Shown: piece by piece, positions 18,228 through 27,940 of the stretch | Position numbering within the stretch: the stretch's first letter is position 1 | How the letters are laid out: the number at the start of each line of letters is the position of its first letter | Assembly (NCBI GenBank): GCA_902627615.1 | Contig: CACOJW010000001.1 | Coordinates: forward strand, 4,907 to 68,906 | Direction of reading: 5' to 3' | DNA from: an uncultured marine group III euryarchaeote | Lineage (GTDB): Archaea > Thermoplasmatota > Poseidoniia > MGIII > CG-Epi1 | Length of the DNA: 64,000 bases | The notes under the pieces: model-generated | Database searches by the model: none | Told to the model about the DNA's origin: nothing | What the model saw: only the letters and a program-made list of their open reading frames with translations | Made by a program: the position numbers and the translations under genes

Positions 18228-18908
18228 ATGGCCAAGAAAAAAGGTAAACGCGAAGAAATCTTCACGTTTCCTGAATTTAATAGAGATGAATATAGGACTA
18301 AGGAAATCCGAGATTCCAAGGTTACACTGTTCTCTGTATTTTATGCCTTAGTAGTGGCAGTAGTCTGTTATTCGCTAGTAAGAATGGCAGGAATAGGTGG
18401 TTGGGTAACTATTATTGGATTTATCGCACCTTTTGGTTTAACTAGAGTTCTTCCTTTAATTTTTGATACAAGTGAGTTTGAGCGAAAGAACTGGATTGGC
18501 CCAATGTTCATGTCTTTCATGGCTTGGTTAGGATTCATGATATTACTCTCCAACCCTCCATTCAATGATATTGCTAAACCTAAATTTCAAGGTGTTGATA
18601 TGTATGTTGAAATGGATGGTAAATGGAATGAAACAATGGAAATAGGTGAAGATACTCCTTTTGTTTTAGTGGTATCCGTAAAAGATAATTGGGAAGTAGA
18701 AACTGTAACTATTACCTCTGGTGCAGCAGGCCTTAATTCACAATCTATGCCCAAACTAGAACAGAATAATGAGTATAATATAACTGGAAATAGTTGGCAT
18801 TATCATGAATTTGATGGTTTGAAAAGTGGATCCTATTCGTTTACAATAAATGCAGCAGATTCTGAAGGTAATTCGAATTCAAAGAGAATAAGTATAACGA
18901 TTGGTTAG
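18228..18908 (+). CDS. Hypothetical membrane protein (3 TM) with extracellular Ig-like C-terminal domain
   Basis: 226 aa with three hydrophobic helices followed by a beta-rich domain. It has no recognisable catalytic motif. Confidence 0.5.
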   Translation: MAKKKGKREEIFTFPEFNRDEYRTKEIRDSKVTLFSVFYALVVAVVCYSLVRMAGIGGWVTIIGFIAPFGLTRVLPLIFDTSEFERKNWIGPMFMSFMAWLGFMILLSNPPFNDIAKPKFQGVDMYVEMDGKWNETMEIGEDTPFVLVVSVKDNWEVETVTITSGAAGLNSQSMPKLEQNNEYNITGNSWHYHEFDGLKSGSYSFTINAADSEGNSNSKRISITIG

Positions 18909-21466
18909 AGTAACTTCTGCTGGATTTCATGTAATTTTTCTAAGGCTTGAAGTGGCGTTAGGTTCATTAAATCCATTTTTTTAATTTCAGATACAACTGG
19001 ATTTTCTTTAGTTTCACTTCTAGCACCAAAATTAGCACCAAAAACAGATTGGACTGGGCCCGTTTTAGAAACTTCAATTGTAGATCCTTCCTCTAAATTA
19101 TTCAGAACCTTTCTAGCTCTTACTAATACTTCCTCAGGAACTCCAGCCATTTTTGCTACATGTATACCAAATGAAGCATCTGTAGGTCCTTCAGCAACTC
19201 TATGAAGTAGTTTCAATTCATGACCATCTTCTTTTGCTTGCATGTGGCAATTCACAGAGCGATCCAATATTTTTGCCACATCAGTTAATTGATGGTAATG
19301 AGTTGCAAACAAAGTTTTCACACCCTTACCGGCATGCAATTCTTCCGATACAGCCCATGCCAGCGCTAATCCATCAAAAGTTGATGTTCCTCTTCCTATT
19401 TCATCCAATAGTACTAGGCTGTTAGGAGTTGCATTCCGTAAAATGTTTGCTAATTCCAACATTTCCACCATGAATGTAGAGTGACCATGTACTAAATCGT
19501 CATGAGCTCCTACACGAGTGAATACTCTGTCTACCATACCCAATCTAGCCGAAGATGCTGGAACAAAGCAACCAGCTTGTGCCATTACGCTAATTAGTGC
19601 GGTTTGGCGCATATAGGTAGATTTACCACCCATATTAGGCCCCGTCAAGATCATAAGTTGCCTTTGTTTGTTATCTAACTGTAAATTATTAGGAATATAT
19701 TGACCTTCTCTAAGAACTTCAATAACAGGATGTCTTCCATCAGAAATGGACAAGGTTCCATCATCAGACATTTCAGGTCTAACATAGTTATTGATTTGGC
19801 TAACTTCAGCAAGAGAGCCAATAGCATCAATTCTAGAAACAGCCATCGTTGTAGCTTGCAATGAGCCTAAAAATTCTAAAATCCACTCTCTCAATTCTTT
19901 GAATAGTTCAGTTTCAAGAGCTTGGGAACGCTCGTCAGCTCTTAGAATAGAGGTTTCTTTTTCTTTTAATTCAGGAGTAATATATCGGTCACCAGCAGCT
20001 ACAGTTTGTTTACGATGATAATTTTCAGGTACTTTTTTTGCATATGCTTTTGGAACTTCAATGTAATAACCAAAAACACGATTGTATCCAATCTTTAATT
20101 TTGGAATTCCAGTTTTTTCTTTTTCTTCATTTTCTAATGAAGCAACCCATTCTCTTCCACTGGTAGCTTTTGACCTTAAGTCATCTAATTCTTTTGAGTA
20201 TCCTTTCTTGAAAATTCCACCGTCTCTCAGAACGGCAGGTGGATCTTCTACGATAGCTTCTTCTAGTTTTTTAGAAACTTGCTTGTGTACATCGATTGAT
20301 TTGACAAGTTTTTTCATTAATTTTGATTTCAAAGGTTCTTCACTTAGAAATTGCTTGAGATCTTTTACTGTATTTAGACTAGATTTTAAACTATCCAAAT
20401 CTCTAGGTGAAATAGATCCGTGTCCTAGTCGAGATAGTAATCTTTCAACATCTTGGAAACCTTTCAAAATATCTCTAATTTCTCTGCGACTAAGAGTATT
20501 GTCAAATAATTCTTGAACGGCATCATGTCTTTCGTTTATTCGTTCCAAATCGTATAGTGGCCGTAGTAACCAATCTTTCATTCTACGGGAACCTCCTGCC
20601 GTTGAACTTTTGTTCAGAACTGCAAACAAGGTATCTTTGGATGAGTCACTAATAGTACGTACAATTTCTAAATTTCTTAGAGTTACAGCATCCAATGTCA
20701 TTGTTTTAGCCTTAACCATTAAGGATGGAGGCCTTAGATGCGGTAAGTCACTGAATTGAGTCTCTATTGCATAAGAAAGAATTGCACCAGCAGCAGTTAC
20801 GGCCATTGGGTATGTATTCAATTCTTCAACACTTCCAAATCTTCCTTCTAATGCTTTTTTGGAAACGGGATACATCCATGAATCTGCCTTGCATGGTGTA
20901 ATATTTACACCTAAAGCTTTCATCCAGTTTTCAACGTCTACATTACCTTCAGGAACAATAACCTCAGCAGGCGCGTATCTCATCATTTCAGATTCCAAAG
21001 ATTCTCTGTCTTTGAATTGGGCTGTAGCGAATTCACCCGTTGAAATGTCCATTATCGCCAATCCAATTCCATCATCGGTCTCATTTATGGATGCTAAGAA
21101 ATTGTTAGAATTACTTAGCATAGTTCCTTCAACAACAGTTCCAGGACTTACGATTCTAGTAACTCCTCTTCTTACAATTCCTTTTGAGCTCTTCGGATCT
21201 TCAAGTTGCTCGCAAATTGCAACCCTATGCCCTTTTTTGATTAATTTTCCAAGATAGCCGTCAAGAGCATGGTAGGGTATTCCAGCTAATGGGATGGGCT
21301 TGTCGGAATTTTTGTCTCTAGCAGTTAAGGTGATATCAAGATCCTTAGCAGCTATTATCGCATCATCTCCAAAAGTTTCGTAGAAATCTCCCATTCTAAA
21401 TAATAAAATGGAATCTGGATTTTCACGTTTTATGGCGTGGTACTGACGCATCATTGGACTAGACAA
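18905..21466 (-). CDS. mutS: DNA mismatch repair protein MutS (bacterial MutS1 type)
   Basis: 853 aa. It has the N-terminal mismatch-binding region (MMRQYHAIK...GDFYETFGDDA), the Walker A motif GPNMGGKSTYMRQ and the STF motif DEIGRGTSTFDG. Confidence 0.95.
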   Translation of the reverse strand: MSSPMMRQYHAIKRENPDSILLFRMGDFYETFGDDAIIAAKDLDITLTARDKNSDKPIPLAGIPYHALDGYLGKLIKKGHRVAICEQLEDPKSSKGIVRRGVTRIVSPGTVVEGTMLSNSNNFLASINETDDGIGLAIMDISTGEFATAQFKDRESLESEMMRYAPAEVIVPEGNVDVENWMKALGVNITPCKADSWMYPVSKKALEGRFGSVEELNTYPMAVTAAGAILSYAIETQFSDLPHLRPPSLMVKAKTMTLDAVTLRNLEIVRTISDSSKDTLFAVLNKSSTAGGSRRMKDWLLRPLYDLERINERHDAVQELFDNTLSRREIRDILKGFQDVERLLSRLGHGSISPRDLDSLKSSLNTVKDLKQFLSEEPLKSKLMKKLVKSIDVHKQVSKKLEEAIVEDPPAVLRDGGIFKKGYSKELDDLRSKATSGREWVASLENEEKEKTGIPKLKIGYNRVFGYYIEVPKAYAKKVPENYHRKQTVAAGDRYITPELKEKETSILRADERSQALETELFKELREWILEFLGSLQATTMAVSRIDAIGSLAEVSQINNYVRPEMSDDGTLSISDGRHPVIEVLREGQYIPNNLQLDNKQRQLMILTGPNMGGKSTYMRQTALISVMAQAGCFVPASSARLGMVDRVFTRVGAHDDLVHGHSTFMVEMLELANILRNATPNSLVLLDEIGRGTSTFDGLALAWAVSEELHAGKGVKTLFATHYHQLTDVAKILDRSVNCHMQAKEDGHELKLLHRVAEGPTDASFGIHVAKMAGVPEEVLVRARKVLNNLEEGSTIEVSKTGPVQSVFGANFGARSETKENPVVSEIKKMDLMNLTPLQALEKLHEIQQKLL

Positions 21467-21544
21467 GAATTAGGGAGTAACAGGTCAGTTTTAGTTGTTG
21501 TGCCCTATTATTTAGGATTAATTTAATACAGCAGTCAATAGTAC

Positions 21545-23581
21545 TTGAATATCATGGGAGATAATCCGAAGCATACTAATTCTTTGATTAATTCTACAAG
21601 TCCTTATCTGTTGCAACATGCACACAATCCTGTGGATTGGTATGAGTGGTCTAAAGAGGCACTTGATGAGGCAAAGAAGCGCGATCTTCCAATATTGTTA
21701 AGCATAGGATATTCAGCGTGTCATTGGTGTCATGTTATGGAAAAAGAATCATTTGAAAACGAAGATACTGCTAAAATAATGAATAAGAATTTTGTTAATA
21801 TCAAGGTTGACAGAGAAGAAAGGCCAGATTTAGACGAAGTTTACATGTCAGCAACACAATTGATGAACAAAGGACAAGGAGGTTGGCCAATGACAGTTTT
21901 TTTGGCTCCAAATCTTAAGCCTTTTTTCGCAGGAACTTATTTTCCACCTCAAGATGCTTATGGTAGACCGGGTTTTCCTACGCTTCTTACTAGACTTTCA
22001 GAGGTATGGTCTAGCAACAAAGATCAATTACTTTTACAAGCAGATTCTATAGTACAACATTTGAATTCAGTTCAGGTTCAAAGTGTAACTATAGAAACAA
22101 ATGTTAATCAAAAAGCAATAAGGCACTGGAATTCTAATTTTGATAGAACCTGGGGTGGATTTGGCCCAGCACCTAAATTTCCGAACAGTGGAGCTATTTT
22201 GCATCTCCTAAATGATTATCATAGTAATGGTTCGGAAGAGTCGTTAACTTCAGCAGTGAAAACATTAGATTCGATGTACAGAGGAGGAATCTATGATCAC
22301 ATAGGTGGCGGATTTGCTCGATATTCAGTTGATGAGAAATGGTTAGTTCCTCATTTTGAAAAAATGTTGTATGATAACGGACAGCTAATGGAAGCTTATT
22401 TGGCTGGATATCAAATAACTAAGAAAGAAGAATACTTGGAGGTAATTTCTCAAATATTTGAGTGGTTAAACGATGAGATGATTGATCCTGAAGGAGGCTT
22501 TTATTCTTCTATGGATGCCGATTCAGAGGGAGTTGAAGGTAAATATTACGTTTGGAAACGCTCAGAAATTGAAGATATACTAGGTAAAGAAGATGCAGAT
22601 GTTTTTGCTCAATATTTTGATATAACAGAAGAAGGAAATTGGGAGGGCAATTCAATTCCTAGAATAATAATGAAGAAATCTTCCTTGTCCAATTTCTTAA
22701 AAATTCCTAAAGATGATATGAATGAGTCTTTATCCAATTCAAGAATTAAGGTAAAACAACATCGCGCTTCACGGATTCCTCCAGGAACAGATGATAAAGT
22801 TATAGTATCTTGGAATGGCTTGATGATTAGTTCTCTTGCTAAAGCTTCATCTGTACTTGGTAAGAAAGAATATTTTAATGCAGCAGATAAAGCAGTAAAT
22901 TTCATAATTCAAAAGATGTCGAAAGAAGATGGCACCTTGAATAGAATTTATAGGAAGAATGTTGCTCACATAGATGCTTTTGCAGAGGATTATTCGTATT
23001 TTGGCAATTCGCTTATTGATATGTATGAGGCTAGTTTTGATCCCAAATATTTAGAATTATCTAAAAAATATGCAGATATTTTGGTTGAAAAATTTTATGC
23101 AGATGGCCAATTCAAACAATCTCTGTCAAAAAATATTGTGATTAATAGTGGTAATAGTATGGATAATGCTACACCTTCTTACAACTTCATGTGCAGCTTA
23201 TTGCTGATTCGGCTTCATCATTATTATGGTAATAAAAAATATCGGGAAATAGTCGAATCATCTATGGATAAAGCAGGTAATTACATCAATCAATATCCTC
23301 ATGCTCATTCAACAGCACTTTTTGTACAAAATTATCTATCACCCGGTCCAAAAGAAATAGTATTAGCTGCAGAAACTAATGAAGATGTATTGATGGACAT
23401 TGTGAAACAAGCATACCTGCCTTGTAAGATTTTAGCTAGTACTACAACAGGCGTGAATCTTCCAATATTGGAAGGAAAGAAAATGTTGAACGGAAAATCT
23501 GCGATTTACATATGTAAAAACTATGCGTGCAGGGAACCAATAACTAGCGAATCAATATTGAGAGATTCTTTGGCACTATGA
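21545..23581 (+). CDS. Thioredoxin-domain protein of the DUF255/YyaL family
   Basis: 678 aa with [17 protein letters not shown] and [14 protein letters not shown], followed by an alpha/alpha-toroid-like C-terminal region. The track start is a TTG. The ATG at 21554 is the likely start. Confidence 0.8.
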   Translation: MNIMGDNPKHTNSLINSTSPYLLQHAHNPVDWYEWSKEALDEAKKRDLPILLSIGYSACHWCHVMEKESFENEDTAKIMNKNFVNIKVDREERPDLDEVYMSATQLMNKGQGGWPMTVFLAPNLKPFFAGTYFPPQDAYGRPGFPTLLTRLSEVWSSNKDQLLLQADSIVQHLNSVQVQSVTIETNVNQKAIRHWNSNFDRTWGGFGPAPKFPNSGAILHLLNDYHSNGSEESLTSAVKTLDSMYRGGIYDHIGGGFARYSVDEKWLVPHFEKMLYDNGQLMEAYLAGYQITKKEEYLEVISQIFEWLNDEMIDPEGGFYSSMDADSEGVEGKYYVWKRSEIEDILGKEDADVFAQYFDITEEGNWEGNSIPRIIMKKSSLSNFLKIPKDDMNESLSNSRIKVKQHRASRIPPGTDDKVIVSWNGLMISSLAKASSVLGKKEYFNAADKAVNFIIQKMSKEDGTLNRIYRKNVAHIDAFAEDYSYFGNSLIDMYEASFDPKYLELSKKYADILVEKFYADGQFKQSLSKNIVINSGNSMDNATPSYNFMCSLLLIRLHHYYGNKKYREIVESSMDKAGNYINQYPHAHSTALFVQNYLSPGPKEIVLAAETNEDVLMDIVKQAYLPCKILASTTTGVNLPILEGKKMLNGKSAIYICKNYACREPITSESILRDSLAL

Positions 23582-23630
23582 ATAGGCACTAGAAATTAGG
23601 CTTTATATATGGTCAGTCTGAGAATAGATT

Positions 23631-24161
23631 ATGATTAAAGCATTAAACACCAAGTTGCTACTGACCGTTATGTTAGGCATTAGCTTTTTGAGTATGCAAA
23701 CAACATCTATAGCAGTAGAGTCGAATCCACATACAGATGATGTAGTGATTATTACGGTAGACAGTACGAATCTTCAGTTTTCACCCTCCGAAGTTACAAT
23801 TAACGAGGGTCAAACTGTTAGATTTTTCTGGAGCGGAGAATTTCTAGAGCACAATGCAGTATCTCCGTTAGGAATCTTTAGTACAGGTAATCCTCAAACA
23901 GAAATAGACTATGCGTTTACTTTTGATAAAGGGACGAATAACACATATGATTTCATCTGTGAACCCCACGAATTGGTTAACATGGTGGGAACTATTACAG
24001 TTAATCCAGCCGTAGAGGAAGAACAGGTAACAACTACAAACGAGACAATGGAAGCTGAGCAAGGAGATCTTCCTCAGTCATCTAATTCTCTGAATGGATT
24101 TCTGTTTATCCCAGCAATAGGATTAGTATTATTCGTTTCAAGATATTTTAGGAAAGCTTAG
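23631..24161 (+). CDS. Membrane-anchored type-1 blue copper protein (plastocyanin/halocyanin-like)
   Basis: 176 aa with a signal peptide. The Cu ligands are EHNAV and CEPHELVNM (Cys, His, Met). The C-terminal tail LNGFLFIPAIGLVLFVSRYFRKA resembles a PGF-CTERM variant. Confidence 0.8.
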   Translation: MIKALNTKLLLTVMLGISFLSMQTTSIAVESNPHTDDVVIITVDSTNLQFSPSEVTINEGQTVRFFWSGEFLEHNAVSPLGIFSTGNPQTEIDYAFTFDKGTNNTYDFICEPHELVNMVGTITVNPAVEEEQVTTTNETMEAEQGDLPQSSNSLNGFLFIPAIGLVLFVSRYFRKA

Positions 24162-24188
24162 GTCTGTAGCTCAAAAATTGTCGTGTAG

Positions 24189-25214
24189 TTACTTCTTAAC
24201 TAGAGGAGCTACTTTGTTGCCGAGTAAACCAATCGCGTTCATCAATTGTTGATGTGTTAGGCCAGCTACGTCTAGTTGAAAGCTAAATCGAGATAAGCCA
24301 CCTAGTGCTTCGCTGTGTCTTATCACTTTCTCAGCTACTTCTTCTACGTTACCTATCACGAGAGCTCCCGTTGGGCCAATTTGTGATTCAAAATGTTCTC
24401 GGGTAACAGGTGGCCAACCTCTCTCCCTACCAATTTTAGTAAATGATTCTGCATAGCCTGGGAAGAAGTCTTCTACCGCTTGTTCTCTTGTTTCAGCAAC
24501 ATATCCTAAAGCATGTACTCCTACTTTCAATTTCTCAGGGTCGTGGCCAGCTTTGATACCTGCATTTTTGTATAATTCAACTAGTGGAGCAAATCGATGC
24601 GTTTCACCGCCTATAATGGCAATCATTAGTGGCAATCCAAGAATCCCTGCTCTGATAAATGATTCAGGAGTACCTCCAACACCTACCCAGATTGGTAATG
24701 GATTTTGTATAGGTCTTGGATAAATCGCTTGATTAACTAAGTCAGGCCTATATTTACCTGACCAATTGACTATTTCGTTATCTCTAATTTTTAGCAATAA
24801 TTCAAGCTTTTCTGCATATAATCCATTATAGTCTTCCATTCTAAGGCCAAAAAGAGGGTATGCTTCAGTGAATGAACCTCGACCTGCCACGATCTCAGCT
24901 CTTCCATTCGATACTAAGTCCAATGTAGCAAAGTTCTGGAAAACCCTAACTGGATCTGCAGCGCTTAGTACTGTAACGGAACTGGTTAGTTTGATATTTT
25001 TAGTTCTTGCAGCTGCAGCCGACAATGTGATGTGGGCGGCTGAGTCCAAGTATTCCTTTCGGTGGTGCTCTCCGATTCCTACTTCATCAATTCCAACTTT
25101 ATCTGCATACTCTATGCGATCTAAAAGTTCATTTATTGCTTGATTGCCCGGTATTTGTTTACCGTTTTCATCCTTAAAATTTGCCGATGCAAAAGTATGT
25201 ATTCCAATTTCCAT
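24189..25214 (-). CDS. LLM-class (luciferase-like) flavin-dependent oxidoreductase
   Basis: 341 aa. The N-terminal pattern is typical of LLM proteins (MEIGIHTF...VGIDEVGIGEHH...LTSSVTVLSAADPVRVFQNFATLD). Confidence 0.75.
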   Translation of the reverse strand: MEIGIHTFASANFKDENGKQIPGNQAINELLDRIEYADKVGIDEVGIGEHHRKEYLDSAAHITLSAAAARTKNIKLTSSVTVLSAADPVRVFQNFATLDLVSNGRAEIVAGRGSFTEAYPLFGLRMEDYNGLYAEKLELLLKIRDNEIVNWSGKYRPDLVNQAIYPRPIQNPLPIWVGVGGTPESFIRAGILGLPLMIAIIGGETHRFAPLVELYKNAGIKAGHDPEKLKVGVHALGYVAETREQAVEDFFPGYAESFTKIGRERGWPPVTREHFESQIGPTGALVIGNVEEVAEKVIRHSEALGGLSRFSFQLDVAGLTHQQLMNAIGLLGNKVAPLVKK

Positions 25215-25221
25215 TTTAAAT

Positions 25222-25725
25222 TCAATCGTCTCTTTTGATTACGAGCCCTATAATCCCAATTTCAGATAACTTAGTAACTAATCCGAGTATATCATATTCT
25301 CCATTTTTTGTTAAGTCAGGATGCAAATATATGTAAAAAATTATAATTGCAAAAGTATAAGCAGCAAGTAAATATCTAAAGTTGGTCTTATTTTCTTCAA
25401 TTAAGGGTAGCTTTAGTATGTATAAAAAACAACCAAATCCCAAGAACCCGACAGCTCCAAGTAATAGCTTTAGATCCTCAGTTCCGAGAATTGCATGCAC
25501 AATTGTTGTGAAAACGATTAGTGAAGAAATCAGCCGTTCCTGATTACTCAATTCATGCCCACTTATTTTAGCTATGAAGAAGTATGTGATAATAGAAGAG
25601 ACCAAACTAATTCCTATGATAGTTTCATCCGGTAGAATCTCTTTGTGACCTCCACCATCAGCAGATGCATTTCCAAAACTAAATAGGATAATTAGCAAAA
25701 ATACCAACGTGGTAATTTTTTTCAT
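25222..25725 (-). CDS. Hypothetical membrane protein
   Basis: 167 aa with a signal peptide and ~4 TMs. It starts 1 nt downstream of tatC. Confidence 0.5.
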   Translation of the reverse strand: MKKITTLVFLLIILFSFGNASADGGGHKEILPDETIIGISLVSSIITYFFIAKISGHELSNQERLISSLIVFTTIVHAILGTEDLKLLLGAVGFLGFGCFLYILKLPLIEENKTNFRYLLAAYTFAIIIFYIYLHPDLTKNGEYDILGLVTKLSEIGIIGLVIKRDD

Positions 25726-25726
25726 A

Positions 25727-26431
25727 TCAGCTCACTTTACCTATGATTATTGAAAGTTCGTACAGAATTATCAGCGGTATCGCAAGTAAAAATTGAGATA
25801 TTACATCTGGCGGAGTTATCATTGCAGCCATAATGAAGAAAACAACAACTAAATGACTTCGGTATTCAGCCAGTTTGTCAGTTGTAGTTAATTCAAGCTT
25901 TAGCATCATTACTACAATTAGCGGTAATTGGAAGGTAATTCCCAATGAAAAAGTTAGTAAGAAAACAAAATGGTAGAAAGCACTAAGGCTGTATGTAGTT
26001 TGTAGTCCTGCATCAGCAGCATCATTTTGGAAGTATTCTAAGACTGTCGGTAATACTAGCTCTAGCGAATAGGTAACACCTAATAGGAACAAGACTAAAG
26101 AAATAATAAAAGTCGCAAGTAATTTTCCAATACCTAAATTAGGAATTAGCGAGCGAGATCTTAGAATTTGCCAAGTTTGAATTACAGTGATTATAAAAAT
26201 TAAAGAAATTGCAGAGTAGCCAGCAATCCTTAATTTAAGAAGAAAGAATTCGGCAGGCGCAAGATAGATTAGGGCAGCATCCTTCGGAAGAAGTTTTTCT
26301 GCAATCCAATCAATTATTTCAGGTGAAAAATTAAAAACAATTCCAAATACAGTGAAAGCGAGTACCAAATAAAACCATATTTTCCCCTTCAAATTGTCAA
26401 CGATATCATCGTACGCAGGTTTTTTGGCCAC
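25727..26431 (-). CDS. tatC: Twin-arginine translocase subunit TatC
   Basis: 234 aa with 6 TMs. It has TatC signatures (LAPAEFFLLKLRIA; FQLPLIVVMMLKL; AAMITPPDVISQ...ILYELSI). It is divergent from a tatA gene. Confidence 0.8.
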   Translation of the reverse strand: MAKKPAYDDIVDNLKGKIWFYLVLAFTVFGIVFNFSPEIIDWIAEKLLPKDAALIYLAPAEFFLLKLRIAGYSAISLIFIITVIQTWQILRSRSLIPNLGIGKLLATFIISLVLFLLGVTYSLELVLPTVLEYFQNDAADAGLQTTYSLSAFYHFVFLLTFSLGITFQLPLIVVMMLKLELTTTDKLAEYRSHLVVVFFIMAAMITPPDVISQFLLAIPLIILYELSIIIGKVS

Positions 26432-26502
26432 AATTGTTCATCAGACAGGGGTTTTTGTTGTTCGCCCATAAGGTTAATTTACCTCACTATTGATAGTAAA
26501 TC

Positions 26503-26676
26503 ATGATTGGTACCACCGAGGCATTGATTATTGGAGGAATTGTCGTTCTTCTTTTCGGAGCTAAAAAGCTACCAGAACTGGCTAAAAGTATGGGTCAATC
26601 AAAAGCCGCTTTCAATGAGGGTCTGAAGGAAGGGCCGTCCTTAGAAGAAGATGAGGACAAGGATGACACCGACTGA
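26503..26676 (+). CDS. tatA: Twin-arginine translocase subunit TatA/E (57 aa; absent from the supplied ORF track)
   Basis: My own translation is MIGTTEALIIGGIVVLLFGAKKLPELAKSMGQSKAAFNEGLKEGPSLEEDEDKDDTD*. It has the canonical TatA TM, the hinge FGxxKLPE, an amphipathic helix and an acidic tail. It overlaps the next ORF in another frame. Confidence 0.85.
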   Translation: MIGTTEALIIGGIVVLLFGAKKLPELAKSMGQSKAAFNEGLKEGPSLEEDEDKDDTD

Positions 26677-27907
26677 AAAATATTACAGAATTATAATTGG
26701 ATTGATACGAGAGAATCTTCTATTATTTTTTATTTCTATAGCTTTAGCTTTATACATAGATTACAAAGATTTTTTCGGGAAAAATTCATTAGAGATATAT
26801 TATGTCGGAGTTACATTTGTAATTTTATTTGGTATTCTCGTAACTATACAAAAATATCGTAACCCCTTGCAATATTCACCCAGATTTGTTCTGTTTGTTA
26901 AAGATAGGAATGATTCCATGATTAAGATGAAACCATTTTTGGATCCTTGGGTGATTAAATTAGGACTAGTAAATCCCAAAGAATTAGTTAATGTAAGATA
27001 CAGTATGTATCCGGATTTAGATCTTGGCTTAGATTTAGATCCTAATTCTGGAGTTATTACTGGCTACCCCATGGAAGTTGGGAATCATGCATCAGAAATA
27101 AAGATGAGATTCTTAGGAGGTTCTTATTCAACAAAAGTTAGAGTAGAAGTAGTAGATACGCTTAAGGAAAAAATGATTCACCAGAGAGATGAATTTGCGC
27201 CACCTAGAACTGTTGCACAGCTATTGTTACGTGAGGAAGATTTACTAAAAAGAGAACAAGATTTAGACTATGACATGTCTAAGAGGCAAGAAGCCTTGGA
27301 AGAAGAATACAAGTCTAAGGAACTGAGTTTGCAAGAATTAATAGAAATTGAGAAAGGAAACTTTACAAAGCAATTAGCAGAAATTAAGAAAGCATATGAG
27401 GAAAAACTCAATCAAAAAGATTCTAAAATATCTAGTATCAATAAAGAAATGGATACTAAGCTAAAGCAGCTTGAGGATGAAAGTAATCAGAAGATAGATA
27501 AGTTAGAAGCTGAAATGATACAGGCTTTACAGGATAAAGAGAGAGAATTTGTAGAATTTGAAAAGGAATCTAAACAAAGATTAGAAGAAAAAGAAAAAGA
27601 ATTAGAAAGTAAATATAGTGAAGAAAAAACTATAGACGATTCTGCTGAAAATGAAGACATTGGTGAAGGGGCAACTGTAGACAAAGGGCCGGAGGAAGTA
27701 AAAGTAGAGTCTTCAGAAGAAGAAAATGTCGAGAATTATGAAGAAAGTGTAGACAAAGACGTTAATTCAGAAGAATCTGCTGAAGAGGAGGAATACGATT
27801 ACGTTTCTATGACAAAAGCAGAACTTGTTGTATTAGCAAAGAAGCGGGGCTTGGCAGTTTCTGGAACCAAGAAAAAATTAATATCTAGGTTAGAAAGCCG
27901 CGATTAG
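26651..27907 (+). CDS. 2-TM membrane protein with Ig-like (He_PIG-type) motif, long coiled coil, acidic region and C-terminal SAP/Rho_N-like domain
   Basis: 418 aa. Two TMs are flanked by basic residues, which predicts a cytoplasmic tail. The tail has LDLDPNSGVITGYPMEVGNH, a K/E-rich coiled coil and the C-terminal MTKAELVVLAKKRGLAVSGTKKKLISRLES (27809-27904). The start may be the ATG at 26663. Confidence 0.65.
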   Translation: MRTRMTPTEKYYRIIIGLIRENLLLFFISIALALYIDYKDFFGKNSLEIYYVGVTFVILFGILVTIQKYRNPLQYSPRFVLFVKDRNDSMIKMKPFLDPWVIKLGLVNPKELVNVRYSMYPDLDLGLDLDPNSGVITGYPMEVGNHASEIKMRFLGGSYSTKVRVEVVDTLKEKMIHQRDEFAPPRTVAQLLLREEDLLKREQDLDYDMSKRQEALEEEYKSKELSLQELIEIEKGNFTKQLAEIKKAYEEKLNQKDSKISSINKEMDTKLKQLEDESNQKIDKLEAEMIQALQDKEREFVEFEKESKQRLEEKEKELESKYSEEKTIDDSAENEDIGEGATVDKGPEEVKVESSEEENVENYEESVDKDVNSEESAEEEEYDYVSMTKAELVVLAKKRGLAVSGTKKKLISRLESRD

Positions 27908-27940
27908 CATTTTATAGACACTTTCGGTCCCGAAAAAGTT

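Noticed and set aside
20082-21257. Antisense ORFs of 144 and 132 aa inside mutS. Similar cases occur inside M50 (16348..17160), aglB (8058..8381), the acidic giant (46722..47261) and the PNGase-like gene (42426..43092).
   Set aside because: They have no motifs and a Ser/Leu/Ile-rich composition typical of antisense frames in AT-rich genes. They are fully nested in well-supported CDS.
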